The notes under the pieces are model-generated. The model was not told the DNA's origin and did no database searches. It was given only the letters and a program-made list of their open reading frames with translations. Source: Candidatus Arthromitus sp. SFB-rat-Yit (GTDB lineage Bacteria > Bacillota > Clostridia > Clostridiales > Clostridiaceae). From it: a DNA stretch of 32,000 bases. A program made the position numbers and the translations under genes. Positions 9,494 through 18,287 of the stretch are shown here, one piece after another; within the stretch, counting starts at the first letter, position 1; every line of letters begins with the position of its first letter. The stretch lies in the NCBI RefSeq assembly GCF_000283555.1, contig NC_016012.1, positions 180,001 through 212,000 of the forward strand, read 5' to 3'.

Positions 9494-10222
9494 ATGTCTA
9501 CTATTTATATAACAATACTTCTCATTTTAATTTTATGTTTTATATTTAGGGATATAATATTTAAGGTATTAAAAGGAGAGAAAAGCAATTTTTACAAATC
9601 AAAGAATGTAAAAACACAGGAATATAATATACGTGAGGTAGAAGGTAAAAATATATTTATAGATACATTAGATACAGATGTAAAGATATTGGGAGATGAA
9701 AATGTACAAAATATTATTATACAAGTTAGTTACCTAGTTGATAAATTTTCTTATGAGATATCACATGATCAAAATAGTATAAAGATAATTAGGAATAATA
9801 AAAAGAACTTTAAAGAAATAGGGAACTGTGGACGCATTTTAATAAGAGTACCTATGAATAAAAATTTAAGCAATATTGAACTATTAGTTAACAATGGAGA
9901 TATTGAAATATATGATATACATTTAAATGTTTTAAATGTTGAGTGCGGAAATGGTGCCTTAAAACTCGATTCGGGCAAAATAAAAAGTGTAAATATTTTA
10001 AAATCTAATGGAGATGTTTCTTTATTACATTTATTTAGTGATTTTATAGATCTTGATATTAAAAATGGTAATGGTGATTTTGTTGATGTGTATTCTGAAA
10101 AAGTTCATGTAAATGTTTTAAATGGAGATTTTATATATGTAAATGCAGATGAAAATTATAAGATACAGGATTTAAATGTCAACGTAGAGAATGGTAAGAA
10201 GAAATTAAATGTAAATCATTAA
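9494..10222 (+). CDS. DUF4097-like membrane-anchored beta-repeat protein
   Basis: 242 aa, N-terminal TM helix (IYITILLILILCFIFRDIIF), repeated short strands typical of DUF4097 (NIELLVNNGDIEIYDI, LNVECGNGALKLDSG, LDIKNGNGDFVDVYS). Confidence 0.65.
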   Translation: MSTIYITILLILILCFIFRDIIFKVLKGEKSNFYKSKNVKTQEYNIREVEGKNIFIDTLDTDVKILGDENVQNIIIQVSYLVDKFSYEISHDQNSIKIIRNNKKNFKEIGNCGRILIRVPMNKNLSNIELLVNNGDIEIYDIHLNVLNVECGNGALKLDSGKIKSVNILKSNGDVSLLHLFSDFIDLDIKNGNGDFVDVYSEKVHVNVLNGDFIYVNADENYKIQDLNVNVENGKKKLNVNH

Positions 10223-10225
10223 TAA

Positions 10226-10253
10226 AAATAGTGCGTTTCGCACTATTTTTTTT
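10226..10253 (+). terminator. Rho-independent terminator
   Basis: AAATAGTGCG-TTT-CGCACTATTT plus T tract. Confidence 0.92.
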
Positions 10254-10262
10254 ATATCATAT

Positions 10263-10288
10263 AAATGTCAACATTATTGATGACATTT
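10263..10288. promoter_or_regulatory. Candidate operator upstream of the mannitol operon promoter
   Basis: Perfect inverted repeat AAATGTCA-N10-TGACATTT, centred ~30 bp upstream of the candidate -35. Confidence 0.4.
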
Positions 10289-10304
10289 AGGAAACTTGTT
10301 TTAA

Positions 10305-10334
10305 TTGAAATAGTTTAAAATAAATTACTATAAT
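10305..10334 (+). promoter_or_regulatory. Candidate sigma-A promoter of mtlA
   Basis: TTGAAA (10305-10310), 18-nt spacer, TATAAT (10329-10334). Confidence 0.55.
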
Positions 10335-10371
10335 TATTATAAATAATTATGGTATTAGAAGGAGAAGTTGA

Positions 10372-12231
10372 ATGGGAAATATTAAAAATAATGTTCAAAA
10401 GTTTGGTAAGTTTTTAAGTGGTATGGTAATGCCAAATATTGGAGCATTTATTGCTTGGGGTATTATAACTGCATTTTTTATTCCATCAGGTTGGATTCCT
10501 AACGAAACTCTTGGAAATTTAGTTGACCCAATGCTCAAGTATTTATTGCCTCTTTTAATTGGGTATACTGGTGGACGAGTTGTTGGAGGCGATAGAGGAG
10601 GAGTTATTGGAGCAATATCAACGAGTGGAGTTATAGTTGGATCAGATATACCGATGTTTATTGGTGCTATGGTTGTAGGTCCTATTAGTGGATTTGTTAT
10701 TAAGAAATTTGATAAATATGTAGAAGATAAAATTCCTTCAGGATTTGAGATGCTTGTAAATAATTTTTCCGTAGGGATATTAGGAGTAATACTTGCTATA
10801 TTATCGTTTCTTTTTATAGGACCTGTTATAACAACTTTGACAGGATTTTTGTCAATTGGAGTTTATACTATAATTAATAAAGGATTACTTCCTTTTGTAT
10901 CTATATTTGTTGAACCTGCAAAAATTTTATTTTTAAATAATGCTATAAATCATGGTATATTAGGTCCTATAGGTCTTAATCAAGTTCAAGAAACTGGAAA
11001 GTCTATATTATTTTTATTAGAATCAAATCCAGGACCAGGTCTTGGAGTTATACTAGCATATTTTATATTTAGTAAAGGTATGGTTAAACAATCGGCAGCT
11101 GGTTCAGCTATTATTCATTTATTTGGAGGAATTCATGAGATATACTTTCCTTATATATTAATGAATCCTATGTTAATACTTAGTGTTATACTTGGAGGAT
11201 TTTCTGGAGTTTTAGTTTTTTCCCTATTTTCAGTAGGTCTTGTTGCTACACCATCACCTGGAAGTATATTTTCAATACTTTTTTTGGCAGCAAAAGGGGA
11301 TGCCCTAAAAATACTTTTAGGGATAATAGTATCAACTATTGTTTCATTTGTAGTTAGTGGATTTTTTATCAAAAGAACATCTGAGGAAGATTTGAATAAG
11401 GCAAAATCAGGAGTAGGAGAATTGAAAAGTAATTTAAATCTACAAGAATATAAAGCAATCGATTTTTCAAATATAAATAAAATTGTGTTTTCTTGTGATG
11501 CAGGTATGGGATCTAGTGCTATGGGAGCATCAAAATTTAGAAATAGACTTAAAAAAGAGGGAATTAAGATAGATGTAGAGTATTCTTCTGTAGATAATAT
11601 ACCAAGAGATACGCAGATTGTTGTAACTCATGAAAATCTTAAGGACAGAGTTTTAAATACAAATAAAAATATAAATGTTATAGGAATACAAAATTTTCTT
11701 AATGACCCAAATATTGAAAATTTGTTTAAAAATATTTTAGAGAGTGGAACAAAAAATGAAAAATTCGGGAACGATCCTTTAAATAAAGAAAATAACAAAA
11801 ATCAATATGATATTTTTAATGAAAACAATATTATTTTAAATGCTTCAGTTGATACAAAAGAAGAAGCGATTGAAATTGTTGGAAGACTTTTAGTTAAAAA
11901 TGGATATGTTAAAGAAGAATATGTAAGTGGAATGCTTAGGCGTGAATCCCTAGTATCAACTTATATTGGTATGGGAGTTGCAATACCACATGGAGAAAAT
12001 GATGTTAAAAGTAGCATTATAAGAAGTGGTATAGTATTTATGCAAGTTAAAGATGGAGTTTTATTTGGAGATGAAAAGGCTTATTTGATAGTTGGTATTG
12101 CTGGGGTTGGAGATGATCATATAAGAATACTTTCAAATCTTGCTGAAATTATTGGTGATGAAGAAAATTTAAAAAGACTTAAGGAAAGCAACAACAAGAA
12201 AGAGATATTAGATATAATTTTAAGAGAGTAG
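10372..12231 (+). CDS. mtlA: PTS mannitol transporter subunit IICBA
   Basis: 619 aa; IIC FGKFLSGMVMPNIGAFIAWGIITAFFIP, GGRVVGGDRGGVIGAI; IIB VFSCDAGMGSSAMGAS; IIA ESLVSTYIGMGVAIPHGEND. Confidence 0.97.
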   Translation: MGNIKNNVQKFGKFLSGMVMPNIGAFIAWGIITAFFIPSGWIPNETLGNLVDPMLKYLLPLLIGYTGGRVVGGDRGGVIGAISTSGVIVGSDIPMFIGAMVVGPISGFVIKKFDKYVEDKIPSGFEMLVNNFSVGILGVILAILSFLFIGPVITTLTGFLSIGVYTIINKGLLPFVSIFVEPAKILFLNNAINHGILGPIGLNQVQETGKSILFLLESNPGPGLGVILAYFIFSKGMVKQSAAGSAIIHLFGGIHEIYFPYILMNPMLILSVILGGFSGVLVFSLFSVGLVATPSPGSIFSILFLAAKGDALKILLGIIVSTIVSFVVSGFFIKRTSEEDLNKAKSGVGELKSNLNLQEYKAIDFSNINKIVFSCDAGMGSSAMGASKFRNRLKKEGIKIDVEYSSVDNIPRDTQIVVTHENLKDRVLNTNKNINVIGIQNFLNDPNIENLFKNILESGTKNEKFGNDPLNKENNKNQYDIFNENNIILNASVDTKEEAIEIVGRLLVKNGYVKEEYVSGMLRRESLVSTYIGMGVAIPHGENDVKSSIIRSGIVFMQVKDGVLFGDEKAYLIVGIAGVGDDHIRILSNLAEIIGDEENLKRLKESNNKKEILDIILRE

Positions 12232-12234
12232 TAA

Positions 12235-14334
12235 ATGGGCAAGATAAAGATAACTTTTAGACAAAAACAAATAATATTAATACTTATTGAAAATTTTAAA
12301 AAACCTAAAAGAATAAAAGATATATCAGAAGAGTTAAATGTGAGTTCCCGAACTATTATTAGGGAACTCTATGTTATAGATAAATTTTTCGATGAAAGAA
12401 ATATATTGTTTGTTAAAAAAAGTGGGGTTGGTATATTTTTAGAGGGAGATTATGAAAGAATAAATAAATTAAGGGAAGAGTTGAATTTAGAGAATTCTTT
12501 AAGTAAATATTCAAGAAATGATAGAGTAATGTTCATACTTGAAAATATTTTATATTCACAAACTAAGAGTAATTTATTTTTAAATAAATTTAAGATATCT
12601 TATTCTACATTTTCAAAAGATTTAGAGTACATAAAAAGCAAGATTTTAATCAAGTTTAATTTAAAACTTATAACTAAAAAAGGGTTAGGCATGTATATAG
12701 AAGGAAGCGAAGAGAAGTTAAGAGAGCTCTCTTCTCATTTGTTCCGTGAAAAGTTTTCAGGTAGAAATTTATATTTAATGCTTATAAGTTCTTCTTATAA
12801 TTTACAGCATGACTTTCTAAAAGTTCCCGATAATCATTTGAAAATTATAAATAATATAGTGGAAGAAACATTTCAACTATTTAATATAAAGTTATTACAA
12901 AAAGCCTATACATCCATTATGGTGCATCTTATTATTACCTTTTGCAGAATTAAAGAGTCTTATAACTGTGAATTTTCACGATATAAAATAGAGGAGTTTA
13001 AAGATAGTATAGAATTTAATATATCAAAAGTGATGTTAAATAAAATTGGAGAAGAATTTGGACTTTTTGTAGATGATTTTGATATTTGTTATATATCAAT
13101 GCATCTCAAGGCGAATAATATATGTGGATATTATGGAGAATATGGTTATGATTTTAATTTTGATCGTTTAGACAAGATTAAAATTTCGGGAGATATTGTA
13201 GGTAAGGTTCAAAAGATTCTTGGAATATCTCTTATGGATTCAAGCGACCTTATAAAAAATTTAAGTATTCATCTTGGTCCTGCTATAAGCAGGTTATTTA
13301 TGAATATGAACATTAGAAACTCTTTTTTAGAAATGATAAAAAGTGAGTATAGGGAAATATTTGATGCAACAAAGAAGGCGTGTTCAGTTTTAGAAAATAT
13401 AATATTTAAGGAAGTCCCTGAGAGTGAAGTTGGATATATAACGATGTATATAGCTGCAGCATATGAAAAGAAGCTTCAATCAAAATTTAAATATAGGATT
13501 TTAATATATTCAGAGGGGGAAAGAGGAGTTTCTTATTTTTTAAATAATAGAATAAAAAAAGAGTTTCCAAACATAGTTATTGTAAATACTATTGATTCTT
13601 TTGATTTGCTTAAAATTTCATACGATAGAAATATAGATTTTATTATTTCGACAAGTGATATAAAAGATGATATGAATTATGTAAAAGTTGGAGTGAATCT
13701 AAGTATAAGCGATATACTTGCTATAAATGATAAGATAAAAAATATATTTAAGTTAAAGTGTAAGGATCTTAAATCATTTGGGAATAAAAATAAATCATTA
13801 GATATAGAGGGTATTTCTTATTTGGGAAATATAGTTAGATTTATAGAAGATAATTTTAAGATAGGAGAAATTGAAACATTTGGATCAATTCAAAATATAA
13901 TTAAGGATTTTACAAATAAAACTCTTTCGTATAATAGAGAGGAAATATTTGATGAAATATTAAAAAAAGAGATGACTTTAAGCTCTTACGTAAAAGATCT
14001 TGGTATAATAATTCTTCATACAATAAGCAAATTTTCAAGAGAAATATTCATAGGGAGTTATATATTAAATGAGGAAATATCATTTTGTAATGGAAAATTA
14101 AATCTCATTTTTTATTTTATTATACCAGAAGCTATAAATACAAAAGTTTTAAGAGGGGTTATAGGAGAGTTAACTTCAAATTTAGTTAAGGATTATACTT
14201 TCATAGATATTTTGAAAAAACGAGATATAATACCTATTAAAGAGTATATAAAAAATATATTATCTATTTATTATGTTGAAGAATTAAAAAGAATTATAGA
14301 TAAATTTGAAAATGGCGTTATAAAGGAGATGTAG
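12235..14334 (+). CDS. mtlR: MtlR-type PRD-containing transcriptional activator (BglG/LicR-like antiterminator/activator family)
   Basis: 699 aa; N-terminal HTH (LNVSSRTIIRELYVIDKFF), PRD-like segments with His (IMVHLII..., YISMHLKANN), EIIB-like and C-terminal EIIA-like regions; located between mtlA and mtlD. Confidence 0.88.
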   Translation: MGKIKITFRQKQIILILIENFKKPKRIKDISEELNVSSRTIIRELYVIDKFFDERNILFVKKSGVGIFLEGDYERINKLREELNLENSLSKYSRNDRVMFILENILYSQTKSNLFLNKFKISYSTFSKDLEYIKSKILIKFNLKLITKKGLGMYIEGSEEKLRELSSHLFREKFSGRNLYLMLISSSYNLQHDFLKVPDNHLKIINNIVEETFQLFNIKLLQKAYTSIMVHLIITFCRIKESYNCEFSRYKIEEFKDSIEFNISKVMLNKIGEEFGLFVDDFDICYISMHLKANNICGYYGEYGYDFNFDRLDKIKISGDIVGKVQKILGISLMDSSDLIKNLSIHLGPAISRLFMNMNIRNSFLEMIKSEYREIFDATKKACSVLENIIFKEVPESEVGYITMYIAAAYEKKLQSKFKYRILIYSEGERGVSYFLNNRIKKEFPNIVIVNTIDSFDLLKISYDRNIDFIISTSDIKDDMNYVKVGVNLSISDILAINDKIKNIFKLKCKDLKSFGNKNKSLDIEGISYLGNIVRFIEDNFKIGEIETFGSIQNIIKDFTNKTLSYNREEIFDEILKKEMTLSSYVKDLGIIILHTISKFSREIFIGSYILNEEISFCNGKLNLIFYFIIPEAINTKVLRGVIGELTSNLVKDYTFIDILKKRDIIPIKEYIKNILSIYYVEELKRIIDKFENGVIKEM

Positions 14335-14338
14335 AGTT

Positions 14339-15469
14339 ATGAAAAGAGCAGTGCAGTTTGGTGCAGGAAACATAGGTAGAGGATTTATTGGGTATCTTTT
14401 GAGTAAATCTTCTTACAGCGTTTTGTTTGTTGATGTAAACAAAAATGTAATAGATAAGATAAATAGAGAAGAGAGTTATAGGGTTAAGGTTACAGACAAT
14501 GTAAAAAGTGAAGAATTTGTTAAGAATATACGAGGTATGTATTCTTATGATGAAAATCTTATAGATGAGATTTCAAAGGCAGATATAATAACAACAGCAG
14601 TTGGAGTATTAATTTTACCTAAAATAGCTGAACTTATATCAAAAGGTATAGTTAAAAGGATTGAAAATGGAAATAAATCACATCTTAATATAATTGCATG
14701 TGAAAATTCTGTGAATGCAACAGATGTTTTAAAGAATGAAGTTTTTAAATACCTCACTGAAACTCATATAAATCAAATAAAAGATTTTATTGGTTTTCCA
14801 AATTGTTCTGTTGATAGAATTGTTCCTCCATGTGATGGAGATTCTATAGATGTAAGTGTTGAGGAATTTTTCGAGTGGAATGTTGAAAATGATAAGATAG
14901 TAGGAAATTTAAATATAAATGGAATGAATAAAGTATGTAATTTACATTCATATATAGAACGAAAATTATTTACATTAAACACAGCTCATTCAATGATAGC
15001 TTATTTAGGATTTAATAAGGGATATGAAACAATATTTGATAGTATAAATGACCCTTATATTTATAAAAATGTTTATAATGCTATGATTGAGAGTGGAGAG
15101 GGTCTTATATTAAAACACTCTTTTGATAGAGAAGATCATATGAAATATATAGATAAAATAATTAATAGGTTTAAGAACCCGTATTTGATTGATTCTGTGA
15201 TTAGGGTTGGAAGAGAACCTATGAGAAAATTATCAAGGGATGATAGATTTATAAAACCTATATTAACATCAAGTAGTTATGGGAAAGAAGTAGACTCATT
15301 GTGTTTCGGGGCTTCATATGCTCTTAAATTCATAACAGATAAAGATGAAAATAGTTTAAAAATGAAATCTATTATAGAAGAAAAAGGAATAAGAGATGCT
15401 ATAGTTTACATTTGTGGAATTGAAGATAAAAATATAATAGATAAGATTGTAAATTATTATAATAATTAA
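14339..15469 (+). CDS. mtlD: Mannitol-1-phosphate 5-dehydrogenase
   Basis: 376 aa; AVQFGAGNIGRGFIGYLL, FPNCSVDRIVPP, KLFTLNTAHSMIAYLGF; operon context. Confidence 0.97.
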   Translation: MKRAVQFGAGNIGRGFIGYLLSKSSYSVLFVDVNKNVIDKINREESYRVKVTDNVKSEEFVKNIRGMYSYDENLIDEISKADIITTAVGVLILPKIAELISKGIVKRIENGNKSHLNIIACENSVNATDVLKNEVFKYLTETHINQIKDFIGFPNCSVDRIVPPCDGDSIDVSVEEFFEWNVENDKIVGNLNINGMNKVCNLHSYIERKLFTLNTAHSMIAYLGFNKGYETIFDSINDPYIYKNVYNAMIESGEGLILKHSFDREDHMKYIDKIINRFKNPYLIDSVIRVGREPMRKLSRDDRFIKPILTSSSYGKEVDSLCFGASYALKFITDKDENSLKMKSIIEEKGIRDAIVYICGIEDKNIIDKIVNYYNN

Positions 15470-15502
15470 AAAATGGAGTTAATTAATAACTCCATTTTTT
15501 TT
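15470..15502 (+). terminator. Rho-independent terminator of the mtl operon
   Basis: AAAATGGAGTT-N7-AACTCCATTTTTTTT. Confidence 0.9.
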
Positions 15503-15562
15503 GCCTTAATAATATGTTTATAGTATTATTATTTTGTTATTGTAATTTTAGGTGAGGAATAT

Positions 15563-16237
15563 ATGAAAAAGTTAATTTTAGTAGTAGTATTTATTTCTCT
15601 AATTTTGGGCGTAACATCTCTATTTAAATACTCTCTGAGCACTAAAGAGCTAGAAGGAGTTTCACTTAAGAAAGTAGTAGTTATAGATGCAGGACATGGA
15701 GGATTTGATACTGGATCTATAGGATATAGTAAGACAAAAGAGAAGGATATAACTCTAAGTATTGCATTAAATCTTGGTGAAAAACTTAATGAGGATGGAT
15801 TTATTGTTTATTATACAAGAGATAAGGACGTTTCTTTAGGTAAAAATGAACGTGATGATTTGAACGTAAGAATTAAAATGATAAATAGTTTAAAGCCAGA
15901 TATATTTTTGTCTATACACTTAAATGGAAGTGATTATAAAAGTGCTAAAGGAATTGAAACATACACAAGAGAGTCAGATGATAAAAGTTATTTACTTGGA
16001 GAATCTATACAAGATGAATTGTCATCTGTAGAGTATACGACTGATAGAGGGGTAAAAACAACAAAGGATAGGAAACTTGCGATTTTAGATAGAACAAAAC
16101 ATGTAGGAATATTACTTGAGCTTGGATTTATAACTAATAAAAGTGATGAAGAATATTTAGTTTCAAAAAGTGGACAAAATACTGTGATTGAGTGTATATT
16201 ATCAGGGATTTCTACTTATTTTAATAAAATTTTATAA
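15563..16237 (+). CDS. N-acetylmuramoyl-L-alanine amidase (Amidase_3; CwlD-like)
   Basis: 224 aa; N-terminal TM; VVVIDAGHGGFDTGSIG, YYTRDKD, IFLSIHLNGSD, LLELGFITNKSDEEYL. Confidence 0.92.
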   Translation: MKKLILVVVFISLILGVTSLFKYSLSTKELEGVSLKKVVVIDAGHGGFDTGSIGYSKTKEKDITLSIALNLGEKLNEDGFIVYYTRDKDVSLGKNERDDLNVRIKMINSLKPDIFLSIHLNGSDYKSAKGIETYTRESDDKSYLLGESIQDELSSVEYTTDRGVKTTKDRKLAILDRTKHVGILLELGFITNKSDEEYLVSKSGQNTVIECILSGISTYFNKIL

Positions 16238-16249
16238 TGAGGTTATGTT

Positions 16250-17587
16250 ATGAAAAAGATGGACTTTTTAAATAGTGATTTAAAGAAAATATTTATTAGC
16301 TATTTAATACCTGGTATTCTTTCTTCTTTAGCGGTTTCTCTTTATATATTTGTTGATACTATGTTTGTTGGTATAGGTGTAGGTAGAGATGGACTTACAG
16401 CTCTTAATGTAACAGTACCCATTTTTACATTATTTACATCATTATACCTATGTATAGGTATAGGTGGTGCGAATATATTTTCTTTAGATAAAGCAAGTGG
16501 AGGGAAAAACTGTAATAAGATATTTAGTATTTCAGTCTTGTTTACAACGTGTATTGGAATTTTAATATCGATTCTTGGGATTTTATTTATTGATCCAATA
16601 GGTATGTTTTTGGGAGCAACACAGGATATAATACATTTATTTAGGGATTATTTTGGAATACTTGTAGGATTTACTTGGGCATTTTTAATATCAGGGGTAA
16701 TTGGATGTTTTATAAGAAATGATGGCGCACCAAAACTTGTTATGGTTGCAACGATTGTTGCGAATATTACAAATGTAATTTTAGATTATATATTTATTTT
16801 CGAGTTTAATATGGGAATTAGGGGAGCTGTAATAGCAACTGTAATTTCTCCAATTGTAAATATACTTATATTAAGCACTCATTTTTTAAAAAAGAACAAC
16901 ACTTTAAAATTTTGTATATTGAGGTTTGATCATAAATTATTAGGTAAAATTTTAAATAATGGATTTGGAACTTTTCTTCTTGAAATAAGTAGAGGAGTTA
17001 GTATATTTATATTTAATAACATTCTTGTAAGGCTAGGTGGTAATATATATGTTGCAGCATATGGAATAATATTAAATGTGTCATATGTTATAATCTGTAT
17101 ATTCTCTGGGATAGCGCAAAGTACACAACCTATAGTTAGTATGAATTATGGACATGGATTGATTGAAAGGGCTAAAAAGGTGTTTAGGTATGGATTTGTG
17201 ACCTCTGTTTTTATAGGAATAGTATCTTTTTTAATTTCACTTATATTTTCTGAAAATATCTCATCATTATTTATAAATAATGATTTTGAATTATTATCGA
17301 TAACAACTCAAGGAATGAAGATTTATTTTATAGGATGTATATTTATGGCATTTAATATTGTAACTATTTACTTTTTTCAATCTATACATGAGTCACAGAA
17401 ATCTATATTGATTTCGTTATGTTCTGGAGTATTTTTTATAATACTTGGATTTTTGATTCTAATCCCAATGTTTAAAATTAATGGAGTTTGGTTTGTATAT
17501 CCATTTTCAGAATTTTTAGGGTGTTTGGTATGTTTATTAATTCTAAAAAAGAGTAAAATTCAAAATAAAAAGGAGCTCATTCAATAG
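16250..17587 (+). CDS. MATE family efflux transporter
   Basis: 445 aa polytopic; FVDTMFVGIGVG, ALNVTVPIF, GIAQSTQPIVSMNYGHG. Confidence 0.92.
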   Translation: MKKMDFLNSDLKKIFISYLIPGILSSLAVSLYIFVDTMFVGIGVGRDGLTALNVTVPIFTLFTSLYLCIGIGGANIFSLDKASGGKNCNKIFSISVLFTTCIGILISILGILFIDPIGMFLGATQDIIHLFRDYFGILVGFTWAFLISGVIGCFIRNDGAPKLVMVATIVANITNVILDYIFIFEFNMGIRGAVIATVISPIVNILILSTHFLKKNNTLKFCILRFDHKLLGKILNNGFGTFLLEISRGVSIFIFNNILVRLGGNIYVAAYGIILNVSYVIICIFSGIAQSTQPIVSMNYGHGLIERAKKVFRYGFVTSVFIGIVSFLISLIFSENISSLFINNDFELLSITTQGMKIYFIGCIFMAFNIVTIYFFQSIHESQKSILISLCSGVFFIILGFLILIPMFKINGVWFVYPFSEFLGCLVCLLILKKSKIQNKKELIQ

Positions 17588-17608
17588 ATATGAGCCCTTT
17601 TTTATTAT
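17569..17608 (+). terminator. Rho-independent terminator overlapping the end of the MATE gene
   Basis: AAAGGaGCTCAT ... ATGAGCCCTTTTTT (one bulge). Confidence 0.75.
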
Positions 17609-17695
17609 ACTAAATTTTTAAAAAATTTTAATATTATTAACTAATTGTGGAAAAATATTGTATAAACTATTAAATTAAAGTTATAAACTGTTATT

Positions 17696-17711
17696 ATGAA
17701 TATATATTCAT
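17696..17711. promoter_or_regulatory. Candidate ArsR/SmtB-type operator
   Basis: Perfect 16-bp palindrome ATGAATATATATTCAT, containing TGAA-N6-TTCA, abutting a candidate -35 (TTTACA, 17711-17716) with -10 TATATT (17733-17738) upstream of the ArsR gene. Confidence 0.5.
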
Positions 17712-17791
17712 TTACAAACATATATCTTATATTATATTATTAATATGATAAGTTACAAAATTTAGGAAAATGAAAGAGGAATAATAGCTTT

Positions 17792-18076
17792 ATGATTATC
17801 GCGAATATTAAAGAAGTAGCAGAAATTTTAAGAGTCTTGTCTAATGAAAATAGACTTAATATAGTGTGTTATCTTTTAGAAAGACCAATGACAGTAAGTG
17901 AACTTCATAGTAAACTAAATCATGTAACCCAATCAGCATTATCTCAGCATTTATCAACGCTTAAGGCGCATAAAATATTGATTTCTAACAAATCAGGACT
18001 TGCGATTACATACTCGATAAATGATCAAAATTTGGGTAAATTAATACAGGTATTAAAAGAAAATTATGGATATTAA
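17792..18076 (+). CDS. ArsR/SmtB-family winged-helix regulator
   Basis: 94 aa; LRVLSNENRLNIVCYLLERPMTVSELHSKL...QSALSQHLSTLKAHKILISNKSGLAITYSI. Confidence 0.93.
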   Translation: MIIANIKEVAEILRVLSNENRLNIVCYLLERPMTVSELHSKLNHVTQSALSQHLSTLKAHKILISNKSGLAITYSINDQNLGKLIQVLKENYGY

Positions 18077-18168
18077 TATTCATTATTGTTAAGTTACAGA
18101 TTATAGATAGAGGTAAAATATTTATGATATATAGAAGTTTTGGAAGTTTATTTATAGTTAATAATATT

Positions 18169-18212
18169 TAAGGCATGTAGATTATTTTTTAAAATATACA
18201 TGCCTTATTTTT
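18169..18212 (+). terminator. Rho-independent terminator
   Basis: AAGGCATGTA ... TACATGCCTTATTTTTT. Confidence 0.85.
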
Positions 18213-18256
18213 TATAATAAATTTAAGTATGAGTGATTATGAATAAAATAAATAAT

Positions 18257-18287
18257 GGAGACCTTTTGAGGGGTCTCCTATTTTTTT
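18257..18287. terminator. Terminator hairpin, probably serving the minus-strand Cys-rich gene (possibly bidirectional)
   Basis: GGAGACC (18257-18263) / GGTCTCC (18272-18278), T run to the right and AT-rich sequence to the left. Confidence 0.6.
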
